Shown piece after piece: positions 29,943-38,934 of a DNA stretch of 64,000 nucleotides. Within the stretch, counting starts at the first letter, position 1, and every line of letters starts with the position of its first letter. This stretch comes from an uncultured Nitrososphaerota archaeon (GTDB lineage: Archaea > Thermoproteota > EX4484-205 > JAAOZO01): assembly GCA_964408285.1 (NCBI GenBank), contig CAYOYV010000004.1, positions 1 to 64,000 of the forward strand, read 5' to 3'. Under the pieces are notes generated by a model. That model had not been told where the DNA came from, did not search any database, and was given only the letters and a program-made list of their open reading frames with translations. Made by a program: the position numbers and the translations under genes.

Positions 29943-31028
29943 TCAAATCACCCCAGTGTTCTTCGCCAGATTGTAGGCGGCCTTCTCGGTCAGGCCCCTT
30001 TCGCCAAGTATAGTATATCTCTCCTGCCTGATCGAAGCAGTCATGGTCAAGGATTTCAACAGGTTCTGCTCGCTGACTCCCAGTTGCTTCGCCGTTACGG
30101 GAGCTCCGGCATTTATGAGACACTCCCTTATTCTCTGCCAATCGCCATCATGCAGATAGGCCATCATTATCGTTCCCACTCCTACTTCTGCGCCATGAAG
30201 TGCAGGGAAGTTTGCCACTAGATCGAGCGCATGCGAGAACAGGTGCTCAGAGCCACTACAGGGCCTACTCGTGCCGGCGATTCCGATAAGCAACCCGCAA
30301 TTGACCAAGGCCTCAGTCAAAGTCCTAACCCCTTCCTTCGTACCTTGGCCTATTTCCTCGGATTTTCTCATTACCATCTCCACACAGGTCTTTGATTGGT
30401 TTGCAGTGTATTCACCATAGTACTCTCCTGAAAGAAGATGCGCGAGCCTCCAATCTCTAACGGCGGTATACTTGGCTACTACATCGCCAAATCCGCTGGC
30501 GATAAACTTGTGAGGCACACTGGCCAACACACTGACATCTACCAGAATGGCCTGGGGCGTTACGGAGAACCTTGAAACCCTTCCCTCCTTTGAAGGAATC
30601 GAAACAAGAGGACTTGCTATTCCGTCGTGGGAAGGGACTGTAGGAACGGAGATAAAGGACACATTGGCCCTCTCTGCGACAAGCTTGGAAACATCGATGA
30701 TCCTTCCTCCCCCTATGCCAACTACCGCATCGATCTTCCCGGAGAACTTACTAAGGAATCTTTCGCTCAACACCTGATGAGGGGAACCATCATCAACCTC
30801 GTAATCATGAGCTATATTGGAATCGGCCAACGAATGGGATATCCTTTCCTTGAGCATTACATAAGGGGTTTTACTGGTGAGGATTCCAACCTTCCTTAGG
30901 CCCAAACCCCTCAACTCGTTTCCAATGCTGTCTACTACCTGTTCTCCGGTTAGAATCACCCTGGGGAATTCCACCTTATGATAGGCAGTTCTGTCCAAAT
31001 CGACTCCTACCTGCTGAATCCCCAGCAA
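29943..31028 (-). CDS. egsA: sn-glycerol-1-phosphate dehydrogenase (start approximate)
   Basis: GIGGGRIIDVSK, SVPTVPSHDGIASP, SRPCSGSEHLFSHALD and LHGAEVG. Confidence 0.95.
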   Translation of the reverse strand: MLGIQQVGVDLDRTAYHKVEFPRVILTGEQVVDSIGNELRGLGLRKVGILTSKTPYVMLKERISHSLADSNIAHDYEVDDGSPHQVLSERFLSKFSGKIDAVVGIGGGRIIDVSKLVAERANVSFISVPTVPSHDGIASPLVSIPSKEGRVSRFSVTPQAILVDVSVLASVPHKFIASGFGDVVAKYTAVRDWRLAHLLSGEYYGEYTANQSKTCVEMVMRKSEEIGQGTKEGVRTLTEALVNCGLLIGIAGTSRPCSGSEHLFSHALDLVANFPALHGAEVGVGTIMMAYLHDGDWQRIRECLINAGAPVTAKQLGVSEQNLLKSLTMTASIRQERYTILGERGLTEKAAYNLAKNTGVI

Positions 31029-31088
31029 GAGAAAAATTTATCTGTCTTGAATGTCATACCAGCAGCCGTTAAAGGGTGCGTCGTTTTC

Positions 31089-31778
31089 TTGGCAACTCTC
31101 AATCGTAGAAACCATGAGCCATATTCGGGTAGCTATCCGAAGGAACTAGGCGTGAAATGGGGAACCACAACCATTGGGATGACTTGCCTGGAGGGTGTAC
31201 TGTTCGCGACGGATACGCGGGTCGTTCAGGGGATGCGATTCATAGCGCACAAGAAGGGCAAGAAGATACATAAGGTCGATGACCACATCGCCATGACAAT
31301 AGCTGGAACGGTCGCAGACGCTCAAGTTCTGGTAGATGTCCTTAGATACCAAGCTCGAATGTTCAGACTAGAAAGAGGATTCAGAATACCCGTAAGGTCA
31401 CTCGTCAGCTTGGCTTCGATATTTCTTTTCAGAAGCCGTCTTTTTCCTATGTCAGTGCAAGCGCTCATCGGAGGCGTGGATGGTCATGGAGCGGAACTCC
31501 ACCAGATAGATCCATTGGGAGGAACCACCAAAGAGGATGTCATCGCAACCGGTTCAGGTTCTCCCCTTGCCCTAGGCTTTCTTGAATCGTCGCTCAGGAA
31601 AAAGGTCAGACTCTACGACGCGATTCCATATGCAGTTCAAGCTATCTTGGTAGCAATGAGCCGAGACACTGCAACCGGCAACGATTTCGAAGTAGCAATG
31701 GTCGACGCCAACGGCTATAGAGAGCTATCGGACGAGGAAAGGAACAAGGTAGCCTCCCTGCTCAAAGAAAGGAAATAG
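31089..31778 (+). CDS. psmB: Proteasome beta subunit (start uncertain: TTG 31089 or GTG 31152)
   Basis: G|TTTIG catalytic Thr, ATDTR, AGTVADAQ, ATGSGS and RDTATG. Confidence 0.93.
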   Translation: MATLNRRNHEPYSGSYPKELGVKWGTTTIGMTCLEGVLFATDTRVVQGMRFIAHKKGKKIHKVDDHIAMTIAGTVADAQVLVDVLRYQARMFRLERGFRIPVRSLVSLASIFLFRSRLFPMSVQALIGGVDGHGAELHQIDPLGGTTKEDVIATGSGSPLALGFLESSLRKKVRLYDAIPYAVQAILVAMSRDTATGNDFEVAMVDANGYRELSDEERNKVASLLKERK

Positions 31779-31786
31779 ATAATCCA

Positions 31787-33685
31787 ATGATCGCAGAAGT
31801 CAGGACGGAGGTGCTTAATCGATGTCCCCCGGAGGCATCTCTGACTGGAATAGAGATAGAAGGACCGCAGATAGTACTGTTGTCTAGGAATCCAACATTC
31901 TCCATAACCGGGCAGCCATATGCTTCTGAATTGGCAAAGATCCTGAAGAAGAGGGTCACCATAAGAACAGCTCCTCAGCAAAGGAAGGAAGAAAACGAAG
32001 CTGAGGAGGAGATAATGTCAATCTTGCCCAAAGAGGCCGGCGTCAAGAGACTGATCTTCAACCACAACACGGGTGAGGTCATAGCAATCGCCACGCACCT
32101 TCACATACTCGAAGCGAGTATCGAGGTGCTATCCATGGAGGTCGCAAAACGGACAGGCTGGAAGCTAATTGCCGAGATGAAGTTCCTCTCAGATTCGAAG
32201 ACTTTCCTTCAGGTCCTGCATGTCCTCACTAGTCCTTCCGAATCCAGAACGAGGTTCTTGAGGGAAACCGGAGACAGGATATTCAGGATTCCTCTTTCAG
32301 AGGCTCCGAGCCTTATGGTCTCATTCTTGGGCGGGGTAGAGCAGGTTGGAAGATCAAGCGTTCTCGTATCTTCGGACGAAAGCAAGGTCCTGCTCGACTC
32401 AGGCGTAAATCCAGGGGCCTCCAACAGAAGTTTCTTCTTCCCAAGATTTGACTACGAATTATCCGATTTCGACTCATTGGATGCTATAGTGATCTCACAC
32501 GCTCACCTTGACCATATAGGAGCACTGCCCTTCGCTATCAAATATGGATACGAGGGTCCAATCTACATGACAGAGCCTACTCTTCACCTTGTTACATTAT
32601 TGCTGGAGGATCTGCATACTGTCGAAACAAGATCTGGTTCAATGCCTTTCTTTGATCTGAAGGACATCAGATCGGTGATCGAGCGCACAATAATTCTCAA
32701 GTATGGACAGGTGACGGATATCTCTCCGGATCTAAGGATTACCCTGCACAACGCAGGACACATACTCGGTTCCGCAATGATCCAGCTGACTCTGGAGGAC
32801 TCTGCTCATAATCTGCTATACACAAGCGACTTCAAATTGGGCAGGTCGCTCTTGCTGAATCAAGCCATATCTCATTTCGCAAGGATAGACTCCCTATTGA
32901 TGGAGTCAACGTACGGTGGGGAGGGAGACATCATGCCGAATAGGGCTGAGGTCGAAGGCAGGTTGATTTCTCTCGCTAACGAAGCATTCTCGAAGGGAGG
33001 AAAAGCGCTGATTCCGACCTTGGCAGTTGGCAGAGCTCAGGAGGTGGCGCTCATACTGACTAAGGCAATGGAGAACAAGCAGATAGAAGTTGCCCCGATT
33101 TTCTTGGACGGCATGATAATGGAGGTGACTAAGGTCCATTCGGCATTTCCGGAATATCTTTCCTCTGAGCTATTCTCCCTGATAACTGAAGAGGACATTG
33201 ATCCACTCAAATCGGAATACGTCGTTCCTGTGAAGAACCAATCCGGAAGGACTGAAGCCATGTCCGAGGGAAAGGCGATCATACTTTCGACCTCAGGCAT
33301 GCTCGAGGGCGGGCCGGTTTTGGAGTATTTCCGCTTCTTAGCCCCCGATGGAAGGAACGCGATTATCTTCGTGAACTATCAGATAGAGGGAACGCTCGGT
33401 CAGAGGATCCTGTCAGGGATCAGAGATGTCCAACTCTATGATCAGGACGGCAGACTGGCAAAGGTCAACATACAGAGTCCGGTTCACAGAATGGACGGCT
33501 TATCAGGACATTCTGATAGGGCTCAATTGCTGACCTTTGCGAGAAGCGTTCTGACCGGAAGGGGGCCCCTTTTCCTGATGCATGGTGAAAGGACAAAACT
33601 CAGGACTCTGCAAAGGACCATGAACAGAATGTTCCTAGGGCGAGTACACGTCCCCAGAATATCAGAAAGGTCCCGGATCGTGTAA
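31787..33685 (+). CDS. fttA: aCPSF1/FttA KH-MBL-beta-CASP ribonuclease (transcription termination factor)
   Basis: N-terminal KH-like region (IEIEGP), SHAHLDH, NAGHILGS, MESTYG, AVGRAQE, SGHSD and HGE; psmB synteny. Confidence 0.9.
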   Translation: MIAEVRTEVLNRCPPEASLTGIEIEGPQIVLLSRNPTFSITGQPYASELAKILKKRVTIRTAPQQRKEENEAEEEIMSILPKEAGVKRLIFNHNTGEVIAIATHLHILEASIEVLSMEVAKRTGWKLIAEMKFLSDSKTFLQVLHVLTSPSESRTRFLRETGDRIFRIPLSEAPSLMVSFLGGVEQVGRSSVLVSSDESKVLLDSGVNPGASNRSFFFPRFDYELSDFDSLDAIVISHAHLDHIGALPFAIKYGYEGPIYMTEPTLHLVTLLLEDLHTVETRSGSMPFFDLKDIRSVIERTIILKYGQVTDISPDLRITLHNAGHILGSAMIQLTLEDSAHNLLYTSDFKLGRSLLLNQAISHFARIDSLLMESTYGGEGDIMPNRAEVEGRLISLANEAFSKGGKALIPTLAVGRAQEVALILTKAMENKQIEVAPIFLDGMIMEVTKVHSAFPEYLSSELFSLITEEDIDPLKSEYVVPVKNQSGRTEAMSEGKAIILSTSGMLEGGPVLEYFRFLAPDGRNAIIFVNYQIEGTLGQRILSGIRDVQLYDQDGRLAKVNIQSPVHRMDGLSGHSDRAQLLTFARSVLTGRGPLFLMHGERTKLRTLQRTMNRMFLGRVHVPRISERSRIV

Positions 33686-33698
33686 ATATGTGCTTAAC

Positions 33699-33731
33699 TT
33701 TATATTCGGTCAAGAACCCCTGCCGGGGTGA
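33699..33731 (+). promoter_or_regulatory. TATA box plus SD for the SmAP-rpl37e operon
   Basis: TTTATATT at 33699-33706 and GGGGTGA at 33725-33731, before GTG 33738. Confidence 0.55.
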
Positions 33732-33737
33732 ATTACC

Positions 33738-33962
33738 GTGTTCTCGGAGCCTGCGCTTCAGTCGCTCGAAAGATCTCTGGGAAAGAACATAATGCTCAGA
33801 TTGAAGGGCGGAGGAGGAATCAGAGGAACATTGCTTGGCTTCGACGCTCATATGAACCTAGTGCTTAGCGATGCTGAGGAGATCTTCAAGGACAATGCAA
33901 AGAAGCTAGGCCTGATAATCGTGCGCGGGGACAACATAATACTCGTCTCACCTGCGGAGTAG
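33738..33962 (+). CDS. Sm-like archaeal protein (SmAP1/Lsm)
   Basis: GTLLGFDAHMNLVL and IIVRGDNI; upstream of rpl37e. Confidence 0.95.
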   Translation: MFSEPALQSLERSLGKNIMLRLKGGGGIRGTLLGFDAHMNLVLSDAEEIFKDNAKKLGLIIVRGDNIILVSPAE

Positions 33963-33972
33963 GAGATCCCAA

Positions 33973-34173
33973 ATGGGAAAGTCCACTGCTGGCACAACTG
34001 CTTTCGGAAGAATGCACAAGAAGAAGATACACAAACGATGTCCACGATGCGGTAGAAGGGCCTTCAACATAAGGAAGAAGTTCTGCGCTGCCTGTGGCTT
34101 CGGAAGAGACGCTAGGATCAGGAATTATTCATGGGCGAGGAAGACACTAACAAGGTCAATGAGAGTTGTCTAG
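33973..34173 (+). CDS. rpl37e: 50S ribosomal protein L37e
   Basis: GTTAFGR..H.RCPRCGRRAF..CAACGFGR..R.YSW. Confidence 0.95.
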   Translation: MGKSTAGTTAFGRMHKKKIHKRCPRCGRRAFNIRKKFCAACGFGRDARIRNYSWARKTLTRSMRVV

Positions 34174-34840
34174 ATCCTCCAAATCCATCAAGCAGTTGCT
34201 TGCCAGGGCAATCAAGATGATCGACAGATCGCGGTCTTCCCTGAAAAAAAGGGAGCTTAGGAAGAGGGAGGTCGAGGAACTGGGAGGGACCCTTCTGAGC
34301 AATTGCAGGGAGATCGTAGCCAAAGTCAATTCCGATGACCTGCCTTCAGCGAGACGAGTACTGGCCAGATCAAAGACTTCCGTCCGCAAATTTCTGAGAA
34401 TAACTAAAGCTGATAACAAGTTCTGTGACTGGGGCTACGTTATCCAAGTCCTTCAGGAATATCTTGAGGCAAGCATGCTTTATGTGATGGCTGGAGGGAA
34501 AGACCAAGGGACCATCAATCTCATTAAGGGATTTCCAGAGCAGTCGATTTTGTATGGTTTATCTGACTTGATCGGCGAACTGAGGAGACGATTGCTGAAG
34601 GAGCTGACAAAGGGTAACATCGAAAACGCCAGATCACTCGCTTACATCATGACAGAGGTTTATGCGAAACTCGAAAGAATCAGCCTAGCCGATTCCGTCC
34701 TACCCGGTTTCAGGAGAAAACTTGACGTGAACAGAACATCCATCGACATTACCATGTCTGAGCTTTCGGAGGAAGTAAGCAGGAAAAGATTGAGAGATTC
34801 GTTGGATTCATTGCGGCAGTTGGTGGAACGAAGCGAATAA
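34166..34840 (+). CDS. Translin/Trax-family protein
   Basis: KREL..RE, QEYLEA, YGLSDLIGELRR and FRRKLD motifs. Confidence 0.75.
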   Translation: MSRSSKSIKQLLARAIKMIDRSRSSLKKRELRKREVEELGGTLLSNCREIVAKVNSDDLPSARRVLARSKTSVRKFLRITKADNKFCDWGYVIQVLQEYLEASMLYVMAGGKDQGTINLIKGFPEQSILYGLSDLIGELRRRLLKELTKGNIENARSLAYIMTEVYAKLERISLADSVLPGFRRKLDVNRTSIDITMSELSEEVSRKRLRDSLDSLRQLVERSE

Positions 34841-34864
34841 AAACCGAGAGAGCTTCTGAGATCT

Positions 34865-35461
34865 GTGCTCAACGAGGACCGTGCGGCCAAGGCTCAATTA
34901 TCGCTGAGTAAGCTTGCAATCTTGAAGCCGCTGGACGTGTCACAAGTAAGGAGAATAGGGGCCGTCGATGTCGCATACACGCAAAATATCGGTTTGGTGG
35001 TCTATGCGGAGACGGACTTCCCTTCAATTGCCAATCTGAGGTTGGTGAAGGGCCGTTACCCGGTGAAGATACGCTATGTCTCCACCTTCTTGGGCTTTCG
35101 AGAAGGCCCTCTGATAATTAACCTGATGATCAACAAGGTCAGGGAATTGCCCGATCTTCTGTTGGTGAATGGACATGGAATGGCGCATCCAAGGCGATGC
35201 GGCCTTGCCACGCATGTGGGCATAGTCCTGCATCTGCCCACCATAGGCATATCCAAGAGGCTTATCGGAGACCCGGAGGAAAGTCTCAATAGAGCTTTCT
35301 CAAGGAGGGTGGACAGGCTCTACATAAGTCCCGGCAACATGACGACGCTTCACCAGTCAGTAGGTATTATAAGGCAGCTTCCGTTGGTGCATGGATATCC
35401 AGAACCTCTCGGGAAAGCTCACTATGAATCCAAGAAAGAAATCAAGGAATGCATACGGTAG
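34865..35461 (+). CDS. nfi: Endonuclease V
   Basis: GAVDVAY, YVSTFLGFRE, LLVNGHGMAHPRRCGLATH, PTIGISK, LYISPG and PEPL..AH. Confidence 0.88.
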   Translation: MLNEDRAAKAQLSLSKLAILKPLDVSQVRRIGAVDVAYTQNIGLVVYAETDFPSIANLRLVKGRYPVKIRYVSTFLGFREGPLIINLMINKVRELPDLLLVNGHGMAHPRRCGLATHVGIVLHLPTIGISKRLIGDPEESLNRAFSRRVDRLYISPGNMTTLHQSVGIIRQLPLVHGYPEPLGKAHYESKKEIKECIR

Positions 35462-36137
35462 AATAGCCAAGGAGTTTCTATTGCTCCTACGATTACTTAA
35501 GATGTCAAGTAATAGAGGGGAGCTAGTCACGACGGCGAGTAGGCTGGCCGAACTCGCGAACATGCCCAAGCGATCTGTATCTGCAATATTGGAGGGTTTG
35601 GCCTCTGACGGTTGGATAGTTAGGAAACTGAATAAGGAAGGAGAACGTGTTCTCCTTACATCAAAGGCCTATCATAGAATAGCACAAGAGCTGTCCGGCG
35701 TTTCCATTCCTGACATTCTGCTCAGGTCAGAGCGAACGGAGCAGACGGTCACCGGCACAGTCTTTACCGGAAAGGGAGAAGGTGCCTATTATGTCTCACA
35801 GAGGCAATACTTCATTCAGATGCAGGAAAAGCTCGGCTTCATGCCATATCCAGGTACGCTGAACCTGAGGTTGAGCGATTTTGATGATCTTAACAAGATA
35901 CTTCTTCTCCATTCGCTTCCCCCGATCAGGATAGCGGGTTTCAGCACACATGAGAGGACATTTGGAGATGTCCTCTGCCACGAGGTCCGGATAACTGGAG
36001 AGCTGAAGGTCTATTTAGCGAGATCCGAACGAACTTCCTATGACCTGACGGTTGCTGAATTGATATCAGATGTCTACCTCAGGAAGGCATTACATGTGAA
36101 GGATGGAGATCCGGTTAGGTTCTCCTTTTTCCCTTGA
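35424..36137 (+). CDS. ribK: CTP-dependent riboflavin kinase with N-terminal wHTH (RbkR-type); start uncertain
   Basis: GTVFTGKGEGAYYV, LGFMPYPGTLN, RTFG, ELIS..LR..L and DGD. Confidence 0.9.
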   Translation: MNPRKKSRNAYGRIAKEFLLLLRLLKMSSNRGELVTTASRLAELANMPKRSVSAILEGLASDGWIVRKLNKEGERVLLTSKAYHRIAQELSGVSIPDILLRSERTEQTVTGTVFTGKGEGAYYVSQRQYFIQMQEKLGFMPYPGTLNLRLSDFDDLNKILLLHSLPPIRIAGFSTHERTFGDVLCHEVRITGELKVYLARSERTSYDLTVAELISDVYLRKALHVKDGDPVRFSFFP

Positions 36138-36591
36138 CGTTTGAGGCGATCAGATTCTTTATCGTGCTTGAATGGGACAGATATCCGTAATCGAATCTCC
36201 TGATCCTAACGAGCTTCGTCTTATGCCATTTCATTTCCTCCATGACCTCTTTTGCTTGCGAGTATATCCACTTCTGGTCGTATCCTATAGCTATGATATC
36301 GGGCTTCAGTTTCAAGATTATTCTCCTTATGCCACTTTTCAGGTCGTACGTGGAAGGTCCCAGAACCGCTCGGTCAACCGGTTTCAGGGTTCTTATCATG
36401 TATAGTCTGCTCTTTTCATCGAAAGTCGGATCGGCCCCGGTCTCACGCTTGACGAGCCTGTCCCGGGCTACAACAACGACAAGCTTTGCTCCAGGCCCTC
36501 CGGCTGCTTTAGCCCTTTCCAAGTATCTTATGTGAGCCTTGTGTATGAGGTCAAAACGACCTGAAGCAACCACGACCTTGGGCTTAGCCAT
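36115..36591 (-). CDS. ribL: Archaeal FAD synthase (cytidylyltransferase family)
   Basis: ASGRFDLIHKAH, VVVARD, KPDIIAIGYDQ and SSTIK; adjacent to ribK. Confidence 0.82.
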   Translation of the reverse strand: MAKPKVVVASGRFDLIHKAHIRYLERAKAAGGPGAKLVVVVARDRLVKRETGADPTFDEKSRLYMIRTLKPVDRAVLGPSTYDLKSGIRRIILKLKPDIIAIGYDQKWIYSQAKEVMEEMKWHKTKLVRIRRFDYGYLSHSSTIKNLIASNVKGKRRT

Positions 36592-36646
36592 CCGTAGACG
36601 GGACAAGGCATAAAATAAATAAAACTATCCGCCTGAACCTCGCCGA

Positions 36647-36782
36647 GGGCCCATAGCTCAGCATGGTAGAGCTGCAGCCTCTTAAGCTGAAGGTCGAGGG
36701 TTAGCCTGGGCATGCGGTGCTCAGACCCCGAACAAACCGATGCCTGACTGTAGGCGCTGGGAAAGTCCCTCTGGGCCCGCCA
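36647..36782 (+). tRNA. tRNA-Lys(CTT), CCA encoded, T-loop interrupted by 59 nt (probably two introns: 36703-36732 and 36737-36765)
   Basis: Acceptor GGGCCCA/TGGGCCC + G + CCA; D-stem GCTC/GAGC; anticodon arm CAGC-CTCTTAA-GCTG (G27.A43 mismatch); T-stem GAGGG/CCCTC with 66 nt between the arms instead of 7. Confidence 0.88.
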
Positions 36783-36854
36783 CTTATCAGCAGGTTAACT
36801 ATGAGGATGTTTCTGTGAAATCAAATCGTTATCAAATAATTTCGCTCCAATGAA

Positions 36855-38048
36855 TTGATGCCAACCACTCCTAAGAGGAGCATTTTGTCTTTTCTTGAAA
36901 CCTTATCCGTCGCTCCCATCATATCCCTATTTTACCACGATAGCTGGGTTCAGCGCTTCAAGAAGGTGAGCTATATTGTCGTTCCGTTCTACGAAATCTG
37001 GGATCATAACAACCTACGCGAAGTCGTAGGACACAAGGACATTCACGATTTTCTGCATTTCGATGGTCCTGTAGGACTCTCGAGCATAGGGCCAGATGAC
37101 TACGTCGTGAGCGAGGCCTATTTCTCGGATTTCGTCAGACTATCAACCGAGAACAATTTTGACTTCGTCATCGCTTGGGACGTGCCTACATACGCCGACT
37201 GGCCTGCGGAACTGTCCTGGGAGAACGCGGTTTACGGACTTGAGCAGATAAGGAGACTAGTTAGACAGGGAATTGAAGTCATCGGTCTGCTCAACGGAAA
37301 CAGCAGAACGCAGTTTGAGAAGTGCGCCGATTCGTTGATATCGATGGGCGTTGATAGCGTAGCTGTTCACGCCTCGGATTACCTGAGGCACAGAAAGGAT
37401 TACCTTCTAGCGGGCCTTCTTCATGATTCAGTAAAGACTGCCATTTCGAGATTCAGTAGGACCTTGATTGTTGGAGCAACCGACCCATACCTCATAAAGC
37501 ATGAGGGCAAGGATCTCTTTCCGAACGTTTCAGTATGTGGGTTCAGCTGGTTCATAGACGCGCAGAATGGCTTAGCCTACAGCATCAGGGGAAGGGTCAA
37601 TACGTACGAAAACGATGCCCTTTGCAGTTGCCCTCATTGCAGTACAAGGGAACCAGCTGTGATCTCTAGGTCCGTTCCAGACAGAGTTCTTCACAATTTC
37701 TTGGTCGTTGAGAACTCAATCGAGGGAGAAACCTTTCCTAGCTTGGAGACATCAGACATAGTCCACCGGGGACAGAAGCTCGTAATGGCAAGTGATATCC
37801 ATCTTGGGACAAAGGAGAGCCTGTTGCTTCGTTTCATCGAGATGATGCGGAGGGAGAGGCCGGAAACTCTAGTCTTAGTCGGTGACACTTCCGATTTCAC
37901 CGATTATGACCCCCAACTTCTCCACGATCATGCGAAGTCTTTCTTCAGACTGTTATTTGACATCGGGTGTGAGGTGTATCCTGTTTTCGGGGCGAGGGAT
38001 AGATCAAACCACCGGAACGGCATTGATCAAGGCCGGATTGACACCTGA
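36855..38048 (+). CDS. TGT-superfamily-like TIM barrel with Zn site, fused to a truncated calcineurin-like metallophosphoesterase domain
   Basis: AWDVPTYADWP, IGLLNG and CSCPHC..LHN; then MASDIHLG, LVLVGD and FGARD, after which the ORF ends. Confidence 0.55.
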   Translation: MMPTTPKRSILSFLETLSVAPIISLFYHDSWVQRFKKVSYIVVPFYEIWDHNNLREVVGHKDIHDFLHFDGPVGLSSIGPDDYVVSEAYFSDFVRLSTENNFDFVIAWDVPTYADWPAELSWENAVYGLEQIRRLVRQGIEVIGLLNGNSRTQFEKCADSLISMGVDSVAVHASDYLRHRKDYLLAGLLHDSVKTAISRFSRTLIVGATDPYLIKHEGKDLFPNVSVCGFSWFIDAQNGLAYSIRGRVNTYENDALCSCPHCSTREPAVISRSVPDRVLHNFLVVENSIEGETFPSLETSDIVHRGQKLVMASDIHLGTKESLLLRFIEMMRRERPETLVLVGDTSDFTDYDPQLLHDHAKSFFRLLFDIGCEVYPVFGARDRSNHRNGIDQGRIDT

Positions 38049-38622
38049 TAAGAAGACACTGAACCAATATTACCATCCCTTGCCTGATGGAATTCTAAGA
38101 GATTCCGGCCTCTCGCATTACCATTTGTCCGCGACGTTCACTGAGGAAGGGTGGACAAGCCTTTCCATGAAAATTGGCGAGAAACCAAGGATTCTTGTTA
38201 GCTATGTAAGGAACATAGACGTAACTAATATCATTCCTAAAGATTTCGCCAATTCAATGGAAGTTACAAAGAAGATCACGATGGGTGAGATCCCTAGTGA
38301 GATTCGGGCTCGAATAAACATGGAGCCCTTTCCTTTGTTAGAAAGCGAAATAGGCTTGGCTAAACAAGCTTTGGATGTCCAGCCTCACGTCAATATCCTA
38401 TCGCTCTATAAGAGCAAGAACGAAAGAATCACCGTCGAATGGCGTGTGAGCCTTTATGGCCCTGAGAGGGTCCGAAGATTTACCGAAAGGATTGGCTTCC
38501 TACCGGGATCCGAAGCAGAAAGGAAGTTTGAAAAGACATGGGAAACATACGAGGAGAATAAGGACAAGAAGCTAAGTCGAAAAGACATCAAAAATATAAG
38601 AAAGAAACTCAAGGAAATCTGA
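38000..38622 (+). pseudogene. N-terminally truncated LAGLIDADG-like endonuclease fragment
   Basis: Open frame with no credible start; HLSATFTEEG resembles a LAGLIDADG helix; WRVSLYG..VRRFTERIGF..ERK resembles the C-terminus of DOD/LAGLIDADG domains. Confidence 0.4.
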
Positions 38623-38934
38623 CTACTTGGGCTTGACACTATGTTTCTCAAGGAATTCCTCGAGGTCTTCATAAGACTTAGCGCATACCGTTGGAGTCCA
38701 CCCAAGGCCAACACCGGCCTGAATCCATTTTAGGTTTCTTTCAGCTTTGTATATTAATAGCAAGAGTTCCTTTCTGTCCTTTATCTTTATTCCAAGTTTC
38801 TCAAAGAATTCCAACATCTCCCGTTCTGAAATCACATCAATCCTATAGTGTAAGAAGAGCTTCTCAAATAGCCTCCCAGCCTCCTCCTCTGAAAGCGAAC
38901 TTGAACCCTTTGTCGCGACCAATGACCGTGACAT
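38623..38934 (-). CDS. Hypothetical protein (103 aa)
   Basis: ATG start, helical amphipathic composition; its stop abuts the stop of the convergent ORF. Confidence 0.5.
   Translation of the reverse strand: MSRSLVATKGSSSLSEEEAGRLFEKLFLHYRIDVISEREMLEFFEKLGIKIKDRKELLLLIYKAERNLKWIQAGVGLGWTPTVCAKSYEDLEEFLEKHSVKPK

Noticed and set aside
36679-36685. Possible pyrrolysine or suppressor tRNA
   Set aside because: The anticodon is CTT, not CTA; the body is typical of tRNA-Lys, and TAG behaves as a normal stop in the window's genes.
36701-36766. Single 59-nt intron model for tRNA-Lys
   Set aside because: No single excision restores a TTC-containing T-loop (the best gives TTAAAGT); the two-intron model gives TTCAAAT with two independent hairpins.
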